Source: a virus (Duplodnaviria > Caudoviricetes). From it: DNA of 25,398 nt. The stretch covers positions 1-25,398 of IMG/VR virus record IMGVR_UViG_3300014208_000122, one strand, 5' to 3'. A program made the translations under genes and the position numbers. Below the pieces are notes generated by a model. The model worked only from the letters and a program-made list of their open reading frames with translations, was not told where the DNA came from and did no database searches. Positions 1 through 7,429 of this stretch are shown piece by piece (positions within the stretch are counted from its first letter, which is position 1; every line of letters starts with the position of its first letter).

Positions 1-1
1 T

Positions 2-256
2 ACTATCATTGCTGTTGACGGCGCTATTACCGGAATAACGATAACGTCAGGTGGTACCGGCTACACGTCTGCACCTACGGCATCGGTTCTTCCGCGTGGT
101 TTCAAAGTAAAAAAGAATGACGTTATGTACTTGGTGTTGGGCGAATCAATACGCTTGGCATTCGAGATTGTAGCAGTCGAAACGGTAAATAACATAAGCC
201 CTTATTCGGAGCGGTTTGTCTGTAATAGGCGTGATGATCTTCATCTTGCGGTTTAA
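2..256 (+). CDS. Partial (5'-truncated) virion structural protein with a GGTGYTSAPT beta-repeat module
   Basis: Open frame from base 2 to TAA at 254-256, translated by hand: TIIAVDGAITGITITSGGTGYTSAPTASVLPRGFKVKKNDVMYLVLGESIRLAFEIVAVETVNNISPYSERFVCNRRDDLHLAV*. Not in the ORF track. Structural role inferred from context and the shared motif. Confidence 0.7.
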   Translation, partial: TIIAVDGAITGITITSGGTGYTSAPTASVLPRGFKVKKNDVMYLVLGESIRLAFEIVAVETVNNISPYSERFVCNRRDDLHLAV

Positions 257-261
257 ATACG

Positions 262-301
262 GGAAAACAGAGTAATTTTAGCTGTGGGATTGCCTTATAT
301 T
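262..301 (+). promoter_or_regulatory. Putative phage late promoter, copy 1
   Basis: GGAAAAC at 262 and TATATT at 296-301 (start-to-start 34 nt), upstream of the ORF at 335. Confidence 0.65.
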
Positions 302-334
302 TAAGGCATATTCAGACAAAATCACTCATGACAA

Positions 335-1219
335 ATGAAAAAACTATTATTAATCATCCTGCTGCTAAGTTTTAATGTATCAGCAAAAGCCGTGTCCTAT
401 ATCTCTGGATATTGTGGCGCTTATGCAAGCGTGATACGCAATGGCTCAAATTACGATGTTTACAGTAACGCAACCAATAAGGCGACGGCTAAATGCCCTG
501 GTTCTGGGTGCCCAGGTATTGTTAAATACTCAGGGACACTTAACAGGTTAGTTTACAAAGGCGTTATGATACCAAACTCGGTCATCAATGACGTTTACCT
601 TGTTGACGGAGTTACGCTTGATCCTGGTCGGATGTTTTCCAGGGCGGTTATAGCGAGGGACGGATTAGGGTATGTAGCTATCTCGATGGTTGGCAACTAC
701 AACGGCAATACGTTGATTCCAGCCATGCTTACATCAGCAGACGGCATAAACTGGAATTATCTAGGGAAGTTTAAAGGCGAGCCTGAACACATTAATACTT
801 TTGGTTCAGGAATGGCTCTTATTGTTAGCGACACTCATCCAAGATACCGATTTTATACAGATGGCTATGGCCCATCGGTTGCGCAGCTATATTCGGACGG
901 GAATAACCAATGGCGCTTTGTACGCAATACCAGTGGCACAATTCGGGAATTAAGACCTCCGCAATGGACAGGCGCTATCTTCCATTCAATAGCAGAATTA
1001 AATGGTGTTTATTATATGGCGGCATCTAACAAATGGCCGGTAACACAATGGGAATTTGCACACTCGACAAACGGGATTGACTGGACACATGAGGCTTTTG
1101 TTAATGTAGGTGCTTATCATAAAAACATCAATCTATTTACAGATAATGGAACTGTAAATAATCTTGCTACTGTTTATTTATCAGGATCAAATTGCTACAG
1201 AAAGGCATTAAATCCATAG
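335..1219 (+). CDS. Secreted beta-propeller-like protein (glycoside hydrolase/BNR-repeat-like), accessory gene
   Basis: Sec signal peptide MKKLLLIILLLSFNVSA; Asp-box-like repeats SADGINW, SDGNNQW and STNGIDW. Confidence 0.6.
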   Translation: MKKLLLIILLLSFNVSAKAVSYISGYCGAYASVIRNGSNYDVYSNATNKATAKCPGSGCPGIVKYSGTLNRLVYKGVMIPNSVINDVYLVDGVTLDPGRMFSRAVIARDGLGYVAISMVGNYNGNTLIPAMLTSADGINWNYLGKFKGEPEHINTFGSGMALIVSDTHPRYRFYTDGYGPSVAQLYSDGNNQWRFVRNTSGTIRELRPPQWTGAIFHSIAELNGVYYMAASNKWPVTQWEFAHSTNGIDWTHEAFVNVGAYHKNINLFTDNGTVNNLATVYLSGSNCYRKALNP

Positions 1220-1252
1220 CACTTAAACTTTTAATATATTGAGGTTAGCACA

Positions 1253-1390
1253 ATGCCAAAACGTTACACATTATCGGATTACTGGCTCTTTTACACAGCC
1301 GGAATGTCTATCGGAGAGATTATCAAGGACATCCTGGAATCTTATTTCAAACGCGTTGTTAGCATTGTAAATCGTTTTTGGCATTCATAA
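1253..1390 (+). CDS. Small hypothetical protein, 45 aa
   Basis: MPKRYTLSDYWLFYTAGMSIGEIIKDILESYFKRVVSIVNRFWHS*, preceded by a good RBS (GAGGT at 1241-1245); fills the intergenic gap. Confidence 0.55.
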   Translation: MPKRYTLSDYWLFYTAGMSIGEIIKDILESYFKRVVSIVNRFWHS

Positions 1391-1401
1391 ATTGAAATAG
1401 A

Positions 1402-1803
1402 ATGGCTACTGTTGTTAGAGAAAAAGGCGGCGCTATCACGCTGACTGCTCATCACAAGAGGATTGCTGCTTTTGCTGCGGGCGGCGCATCGGTTAGTCCA
1501 ATCGCATATATGGCGTTCGGTGACGGGGGGCATAATGTTGATGATACACCAAAGATACCGTCTAAAGAAGCGACAGGTTTGCATCATGAGATACTCAGAA
1601 AGCCTTTGTCATCAATTAGTCAGGAAGATGTTTTTTCTACCACAGGGAAAGCCGTTATAGCCGCTGGTGAATTAAACGGATCAGTTATTTCGGAAGTAGC
1701 TCTTATTGATGCCGATGGAAACTTAGTAAGCATTAATAACTTCACCCCAAAGCAAAAAACATCAAATCAAAGTTATGAAGTTGGCATACGTCTTAGGATT
1801 TAG
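1402..1803 (+). CDS. Tail-collar/fibre anchor protein (DUF3751 / P1 gpR-like)
   Basis: MAFGDGG, L..EILR and ISEVALIDADGNLV motifs typical of myophage tail-fibre N-terminal/collar domains. Confidence 0.7.
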   Translation: MATVVREKGGAITLTAHHKRIAAFAAGGASVSPIAYMAFGDGGHNVDDTPKIPSKEATGLHHEILRKPLSSISQEDVFSTTGKAVIAAGELNGSVISEVALIDADGNLVSINNFTPKQKTSNQSYEVGIRLRI

Positions 1804-1841
1804 GAAAACCACAAAATAGCCTCTTATTTTTGCTATATATT
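1803..1841 (+). promoter_or_regulatory. Putative phage late promoter, copy 2
   Basis: GGAAAAC at 1803 (overlapping the upstream TAG) and TATATT at 1836-1841 (33 nt). Confidence 0.65.
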
Positions 1842-1868
1842 GGTCTTAAATCAAAGACGGAATTAATT

Positions 1869-2435
1869 ATGACCGCTATAGTAATCGGTAATGCCTCGAC
1901 CGGGCGAGACTCCAGCGCAAAAAACTTGGTAAAAAATAACTTCGTCAGGGGTAATTTCCCTGCCGTTCTTGTTATTGAAAATTTAGTGCCAAGAAAGCTG
2001 GCGTTTCCGGAAATGAATGTGTTATTGCAGCCGTCAGGTATATCTGGAAGCACTGTTAACAAAGAATTTAAGACTTTAGACGAATTAAGCAAAATGGCTT
2101 CCAGCATGGAATCCGTTGCTGTAGCTAATGGATACGTGCAAATGGTGTCCATTGAAAACACTATTGATATTGAGGATGCAAACGTGATTCAAAAGCAACT
2201 TACCGAAGTAACGCTGGTGCAAGACATGGGCGGGGTATTACAGCCATGCACCATTACTCTTAAATCAGCCGATGCTGGCAGGAAAATAGAACTTTCTACC
2301 GATGGTGGTAGTGAGTATTTTTTAGTAACGCCTGATGTTACTACAGCGACGATGCTGGTTACTTACGTGCCTGAGCGCATCACCCACGCAAAGTTCACTG
2401 GCGCTATTAACGATACTATTACATTGGTAAGCTAA
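1869..2435 (+). CDS. Structural protein: N-terminal paralog of the 7067..7426 protein plus a C-terminal beta domain
   Basis: ATG 1869 is the likely start because the ORF-track TTG at 1830 lies inside the promoter. NLVPRKLAFPEM...LSKMASSMESVA..N..QMVSIE aligns with NLVAHGLNFPEV...LKRLVSSIEQVA..N..QMLVIE. Confidence 0.7.
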   Translation: MTAIVIGNASTGRDSSAKNLVKNNFVRGNFPAVLVIENLVPRKLAFPEMNVLLQPSGISGSTVNKEFKTLDELSKMASSMESVAVANGYVQMVSIENTIDIEDANVIQKQLTEVTLVQDMGGVLQPCTITLKSADAGRKIELSTDGGSEYFLVTPDVTTATMLVTYVPERITHAKFTGAINDTITLVS

Positions 2436-2436
2436 T

Positions 2437-2829
2437 ATGAGTTTTTCAAATAAAGTTACAATTAATGCCGGTGACATGGCTATCGGTGATGTTGGTATAG
2501 ACCAGACCACGCCCGGTACAACTAATGCGGTAGTCCCCATACAATTACCTGTATCACCTATCAACATCAGCGGCACTATTACAACAGGAGGCGCTGCCCA
2601 AGTCTTATCCGCAGCAAAACCTAATGGCAGGTTGGGATTCGAAATCTACAACCCAGATTTAACCTACTCGCTGTTCTTTTCCGTGACGACAACGGCCGTG
2701 ACTGATTCACCCTCTCAAGAAATTGCTCCAGGCAAACAATATTCATCCCCAGATGGATTAGTCACCACTGGCGCTATCAGTATAATAAGTTCTCAAACAG
2801 GCCACGTCTTTACGGCCGTGGAGTGGTAA
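2437..2829 (+). CDS. Hypothetical virion structural/adaptor protein
   Basis: Thr/Gly/Ser-rich, beta-type composition with an IGDVGIDQTTPGTTNAV motif; 1-nt gaps to both neighbours. Confidence 0.6.
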   Translation: MSFSNKVTINAGDMAIGDVGIDQTTPGTTNAVVPIQLPVSPINISGTITTGGAAQVLSAAKPNGRLGFEIYNPDLTYSLFFSVTTTAVTDSPSQEIAPGKQYSSPDGLVTTGAISIISSQTGHVFTAVEW

Positions 2830-2830
2830 G

Positions 2831-5050
2831 ATGCCTTTATCTGATATTGGTATTAAAGAGCAAATAGTAAGGCCGTTACTGCATATTTCCGGTGGTCGTG
2901 GGCTTGTATTCGATAAAGCGGCGGGGGCATTGACTAATGGCAGCACAGGTGCAAAAAATATCCGTAACTATAAAGACATTATCGTCCCCACGCTTTCAAC
3001 AGAGATACGCTACAAAAATGGGATAAGGCTTGAAAATAGTATCCCAAATTCAGAATCTTTAAGCAGTATGGGGACATCTGTTACTGGTGATGGGGTTGTT
3101 GGTGGAACTGGATATTCAACGCATACTATAACAGAGTCAGGGCGGGCATGGCGATATTTTGACATAGCATTGATTATTGGACACACTTATGAAATGTTGC
3201 TGAAATATTCTGATGTTTCCGGTAACATTATTCAACCTATAGCAATAACTGTAGTAGCAGTAGCTTCTCTTGAGGCTGCATATAATCCATCGCCAGTTTT
3301 AACTGGTTTTTATTCTATACGTTTTGTAGCCAATGAATCGGGCACTGCTAGAATTAGATATGGTATAGGTTGTTCTGGAGTTGAGACTGGAGCGAAATCT
3401 ATTACTATCACAGGTGTTCTATTAACAGATATATCAGGAGACTCTTTACAATCTAGGGGATATATTTCAAATGGCATTACTGTTTATAACTCTGGAACAA
3501 ACAAAGTAAAGTATTTACCAAATTATAAATATTCTGTTCTGGGAGCAATAGGGGATTCAATTACTGCATCAACAAGTAGCTACCTTGGACAATTTAAACA
3601 ACTTAACGTAGGGTTCGACACGCTTAATAAAGGTATTAGTGGAAATACATTGACTCAAATGGAGGCCAGATTTGCCGCAGATATTGTCGCAAATTCACCA
3701 GAATATTGCGTAATAATGGGAGGCATAAACGATATTATCAATGCTGTGGCTGATCCTACAGCAGATATGCAGACAAAACTTATCAGCATGATTAATATGG
3801 CTATAGCGGCTAATATTATACCAATCATTATTAATATGCTGCCTTTTAAGACCAATGCCTTATGGACTGCGGAAAGGCAAACTTGGCATGATTCAGTTAA
3901 TTCTTGGTTGTTATCCTATGCAGCAACGAACAATTTTATTTTTTATGATGCATTCACGGCGTTAGAAAATCCATCTTCGGCAGATACATTTGTAGCTATT
4001 TATGATAGTGGAGATCACCTACATCCAAATGGCCTCGGTCATGCCGTAATTGCTACGGGTTTGACTAATTTATTTCTAACCCCCACAGTAAGAGAAGGGC
4101 TTACACTTCCGACTATACTCCACGAACCCGCTACAGATAATCTCGCACTGTTCCCACGTGATTTCACTAACGCAGCTTGGGTAAAAACCAACATCACACC
4201 AGCAAAAACAGCAACAGGGATAGATGGCGTAGCTAACTCAGCATCAACACTAACCGCAACAGCTGCTAATGCGACTTGTTTACAAACAGTAACATCAGCT
4301 AGCTCCGAGCGGATAACAGGCGCTTTTATCAAGCGCAGAACTGGAACCGGAGTCATTAATATGACTCAGGACAACGGCGCAACCTGGACGCCTATTACCG
4401 TTCCTGCATCATGGGGAGCAGAAGCTTTAGTTATTCCAGCTGCTACGCTTGCTAATCCTGTATTCGGTTTTCAGATAGTTACTTCTGGCGATGCTATAGA
4501 CGTGGACTGGGTTCAGCATGAGCTTGGAGGGTATATAACAAGTCCTATATCTGGTTCACGCACAGAAGACAGTATAAAAGTTCCAGCTTCCGCAGCAGTC
4601 AACTTCAATCAAGATAATCAGATTACGATTGTTAAAGTGAAGATGAACTTTGCTAACAGTGCAACAGATAAAGCTATCTTTGCAGCTAACACAGGCGCTA
4701 CAGACTTCATCTATGATAACGGAAGCGGAGGTATAGCATTAAGCGATGGAGTGAATACAGCTACAGCCGCAGTAGGCGGATGGGCAGCAGGAGATACTTT
4801 ATTGATTGCTGAGTGCCACACGACAGCAGATGGTTTAATGAGCATACATGTTAGTAAAAATGGCGGCGCATGGGCAGATAGTGCAGACACAACTTATGAC
4901 GGCGCTTTCTCTATCGGTGCTAATCTGCTGTTAGCATCAGCTAATACGGATTCGATTGAGTTTTATCATGTGTCTACGAACATAACTAATATGTCTCACA
5001 GTGAAATGGTTACATTTGCAAAAACCAATGCTTTAGCCAGGGCAACATGA
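2831..5050 (+). CDS. Virion fibre/spike protein with an internal SGNH/GDSL hydrolase domain
   Basis: All four SGNH blocks are present: GDSIT, GISGN, GGIND and DHLHPN. Flanking regions are beta-rich, including EPATDNL...DFTNAAWVK, which resembles phage head-spike/fibre domains. Confidence 0.8.
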   Translation: MPLSDIGIKEQIVRPLLHISGGRGLVFDKAAGALTNGSTGAKNIRNYKDIIVPTLSTEIRYKNGIRLENSIPNSESLSSMGTSVTGDGVVGGTGYSTHTITESGRAWRYFDIALIIGHTYEMLLKYSDVSGNIIQPIAITVVAVASLEAAYNPSPVLTGFYSIRFVANESGTARIRYGIGCSGVETGAKSITITGVLLTDISGDSLQSRGYISNGITVYNSGTNKVKYLPNYKYSVLGAIGDSITASTSSYLGQFKQLNVGFDTLNKGISGNTLTQMEARFAADIVANSPEYCVIMGGINDIINAVADPTADMQTKLISMINMAIAANIIPIIINMLPFKTNALWTAERQTWHDSVNSWLLSYAATNNFIFYDAFTALENPSSADTFVAIYDSGDHLHPNGLGHAVIATGLTNLFLTPTVREGLTLPTILHEPATDNLALFPRDFTNAAWVKTNITPAKTATGIDGVANSASTLTATAANATCLQTVTSASSERITGAFIKRRTGTGVINMTQDNGATWTPITVPASWGAEALVIPAATLANPVFGFQIVTSGDAIDVDWVQHELGGYITSPISGSRTEDSIKVPASAAVNFNQDNQITIVKVKMNFANSATDKAIFAANTGATDFIYDNGSGGIALSDGVNTATAAVGGWAAGDTLLIAECHTTADGLMSIHVSKNGGAWADSADTTYDGAFSIGANLLLASANTDSIEFYHVSTNITNMSHSEMVTFAKTNALARAT

Positions 5051-5220
5051 CCGACTTAAGCGCACAGGCCGAAATACAAGCCACAGCAGAAGCAAATCTA
5101 TTCAACAATCCCTTAACCGGCTTCGCCAAACAATTCGCCGCTTTCGATGCTGAAATCATGGCGGAACTGGGTGATGATCTGACAACACCCGAATTAATTT
5201 TATGCGTTATGACATTGTAA
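5047..5220 (+). CDS. Small acidic hypothetical protein, 57 aa
   Basis: ATGA overlap with the upstream stop; MTDLSAQAEIQATAEANLFNNPLTGFAKQFAAFDAEIMAELGDDLTTPELILCVMTL*; followed by a terminator. Confidence 0.6.
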   Translation: MTDLSAQAEIQATAEANLFNNPLTGFAKQFAAFDAEIMAELGDDLTTPELILCVMTL

Positions 5221-5240
5221 ATTTAGGAATGCAATTATTA

Positions 5241-5272
5241 ACAAAAAACCGGCTATAAGCTGGTTTTTTTGT
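5241..5272 (+). terminator. Rho-independent terminator, probably bidirectional
   Basis: ACAAAAAACCGGCT-ATA-AGCTGGTTTTTTTGT hairpin with A and T tracts. Confidence 0.85.
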
Positions 5273-5283
5273 GCTTAAAATTC

Positions 5284-5323
5284 GGAAAACCACGCAAAAA
5301 GTCAGTTTTTCACCGTTCAGAAT
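5284..5323 (+). promoter_or_regulatory. Putative phage late promoter, copy 3 (capsid operon)
   Basis: GGAAAAC at 5284 and CAGAAT at 5318-5323 (34 nt). Confidence 0.7.
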
Positions 5324-5326
5324 ACT

Positions 5327-5377
5327 CGTAAGCCGGAATGTCCGGCGCATTCCGCTTAACTTCAATTAAGGCTTACG
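5327..5377 (+). promoter_or_regulatory. Structured 5' leader of the major capsid gene (RBS-sequestering fold)
   Basis: CGTAAGCC (5327-34) is the exact reverse complement of GGCTTACG (5370-77); internal hairpins GGAATG/CATTCC and CTTAA/TTAAG; competing hairpin GCCGGA/TCCGGC. Confidence 0.5.
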
Positions 5378-5381
5378 CAAA

Positions 5382-7067
5382 ATGAACAGCAAAGAATTAC
5401 TCTATCAGAAACGTGAAACCCAGGACGCTGCTAATTACGTTAGCGCACTGAAGGACAACGCAGTTAAAATAGTCGATGGTAAAAACGTATTCGACTCCGC
5501 ATCTGCAAGCGATTTTATCAGCCAAACGGCTAGTCAAAATACAACCAAAGTACCTGAAAAACTGCAAATCCTGCTTGACGAAGTCGGCACTGAAAGTGCG
5601 GTTACAGTCAGTCGTGCAATCCTCGACGGTATCGCACAATATAAAGAAAAACATGGTGTAGACGCTCCGGCAGACGTTGTGCAGCAAGCTATCCATTTAG
5701 CTTACGCAACAACTAAAGATGCGCAACAAAAATACTCTTTAGACTCTGCATCTGACAGCAACCATTCAGCCAACTTAAGTTTGCAGCCTAACCGCGCAAT
5801 CGTGGCTATCTTATCGGCGCTTGGTGAAGCAATCCCCTTTGCTCATTACCTGCCTGCCGATATTTCAAGCAACGAAGCCAAGCTTGCTATTTTAAGCCAT
5901 CAAGCCGGTTCAAACTACGGTGCATACGCTCAAGGCGGCTTGCTTGACGGCACATCATCCGGTGATGCTTATATCACATCGGCTCGTGTTCATGCCACAA
6001 CCAACAATGCCGGCGCTCATACCGGCCAATTGACATCGGTTCAAGCCACAGACGAAACCTGTTCAGCAGTAGGTGGCAATGTCGTTGCTGTCAACTTGTT
6101 GCGGGGACGTACCAACGTCTATGTAAACGGTCAACTCTGTGCAAGAGAAGTCAATGTAACCGGATCCGGTGCGTCTACTGTATCAGGCCAAGTTACTATC
6201 GCTGGCGTAACCTCACAAATTGCAGGAACCATCAATACCGATACCGGCGTTATCGCGCTGACATCTGCCCCGGCCTTGGCTGATGCGGTACCTGTTGTTG
6301 TGGAAGGCTTTATCGATTACGAACGTCAACCCTCACTTACACCATTAATTATTACTGCCGTTGATACCTTCGCTTTGTTTGCAAAACCTTGGCGTACTAT
6401 CACACAACAAACCATTGATTCTCGCACTCAAATGAGCAACGAATTAGGACTTGATCCTTATTCTGAATCAATCATTGCAATCCAGGCTCAATACGGTAAC
6501 GAACGTCATTACGATGTGTTAAGAAAAGCTCGCAGATTGGCCGTGAACAACGTAGATACTTTTGACTTTAACTGGGCAGGTATGGGCTTACAAAAAACCC
6601 GTGCTCAAATATGGCAAGATTTCTCTGCAACGTTGGGCGCTCTGTCACAACAAATGGCGGTTGATACCATGTCTCATGGCATTACCCATCTGTATGTTGG
6701 CAAATGGCTTATGTCTCAAATGCTAGGGCTTCCGACTGAACTGTTCCAAAAATCAGGAACACCTGCACGGGCTGGCATTTATCGTATTGGTAAATTGTTC
6801 GGACAGTATGAAGTCTACTACACGCCTAAAGTTGTTACCGATGCCGGTGGCACTGCCCAAGTTCTTTGTATTGGCCAGGCTCCAGACGTTACTCGCAACC
6901 CGTTCGTGTTAGGTGATGCAGTTCCTCCAACAGTCGTCCCATTAGCTGTTAATGCTGACCTTAAATCCGGCGCTGGCTTCTACGCACGTAACTTTACCGA
7001 AGTCAACCCTCATGGCCCAAGCTCTTTGGGTGTAGCATCAATCAGCATTACTAACATGGGCTTGTAA
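5382..7067 (+). CDS. Major capsid protein precursor (P1 gp23-like)
   Basis: 561 aa with highly-expressed-type codon usage; lies two genes upstream of the sheath, close to the P1 gene 23-22 arrangement; overall resemblance to P1-like capsid proteins; N-terminal region looks like a propeptide. Confidence 0.8.
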   Translation: MNSKELLYQKRETQDAANYVSALKDNAVKIVDGKNVFDSASASDFISQTASQNTTKVPEKLQILLDEVGTESAVTVSRAILDGIAQYKEKHGVDAPADVVQQAIHLAYATTKDAQQKYSLDSASDSNHSANLSLQPNRAIVAILSALGEAIPFAHYLPADISSNEAKLAILSHQAGSNYGAYAQGGLLDGTSSGDAYITSARVHATTNNAGAHTGQLTSVQATDETCSAVGGNVVAVNLLRGRTNVYVNGQLCAREVNVTGSGASTVSGQVTIAGVTSQIAGTINTDTGVIALTSAPALADAVPVVVEGFIDYERQPSLTPLIITAVDTFALFAKPWRTITQQTIDSRTQMSNELGLDPYSESIIAIQAQYGNERHYDVLRKARRLAVNNVDTFDFNWAGMGLQKTRAQIWQDFSATLGALSQQMAVDTMSHGITHLYVGKWLMSQMLGLPTELFQKSGTPARAGIYRIGKLFGQYEVYYTPKVVTDAGGTAQVLCIGQAPDVTRNPFVLGDAVPPTVVPLAVNADLKSGAGFYARNFTEVNPHGPSSLGVASISITNMGL

Positions 7068-7426
7068 TGAAATTGGTAATAGGCGCTCCCGCTAATCTGG
7101 CGGGGGCAGGCACAGCGATACCAAACACACTTGTTTATCCGTTAGCGGTCAGGTTTACCAATCTGGTCGCGCATGGGCTTAACTTCCCTGAGGTTGAGTT
7201 AGTGCTTGCGGCTTGTACTGATACTGAAAAAAGCGTGGCAACTGTCGAGATTAAAAACCTCGCGGCGTTAAAGCGGCTGGTATCCAGTATCGAGCAAGTT
7301 GCATTTCTGAATAATCATTTACAGATGCTTGTTATCGAGGCCGAAGAGCCTAAACCCATCATTACAGCAGTTCCAATCATTGACCCGCCTAAGCAAAGGG
7401 CTGGTCTTAAGAAAAAAGGCAAATAG
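7067..7426 (+). CDS. Putative capsid decoration/head accessory protein
   Basis: TAATG-coupled to the capsid gene; paralogous to the N-terminus of 1869..2435. Function inferred from position. Confidence 0.55.
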   Translation: MKLVIGAPANLAGAGTAIPNTLVYPLAVRFTNLVAHGLNFPEVELVLAACTDTEKSVATVEIKNLAALKRLVSSIEQVAFLNNHLQMLVIEAEEPKPIITAVPIIDPPKQRAGLKKKGK

Positions 7427-7429
7427 GTC

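Noticed and set aside
291-308. Inverted repeat around the -10 element (TGCCTTA/TAAGGCA; also CCGC/GCGG at 19063-19076) as a hairpin-type promoter
   Set aside because: Seen in only two of the seven promoter copies, so it is not a general feature.
1402-5050. P1-type invertible tail-fibre segment (cin/cix)
   Set aside because: No invertase, no inverted fibre gene copies and no cix-like inverted repeats were seen in this window.
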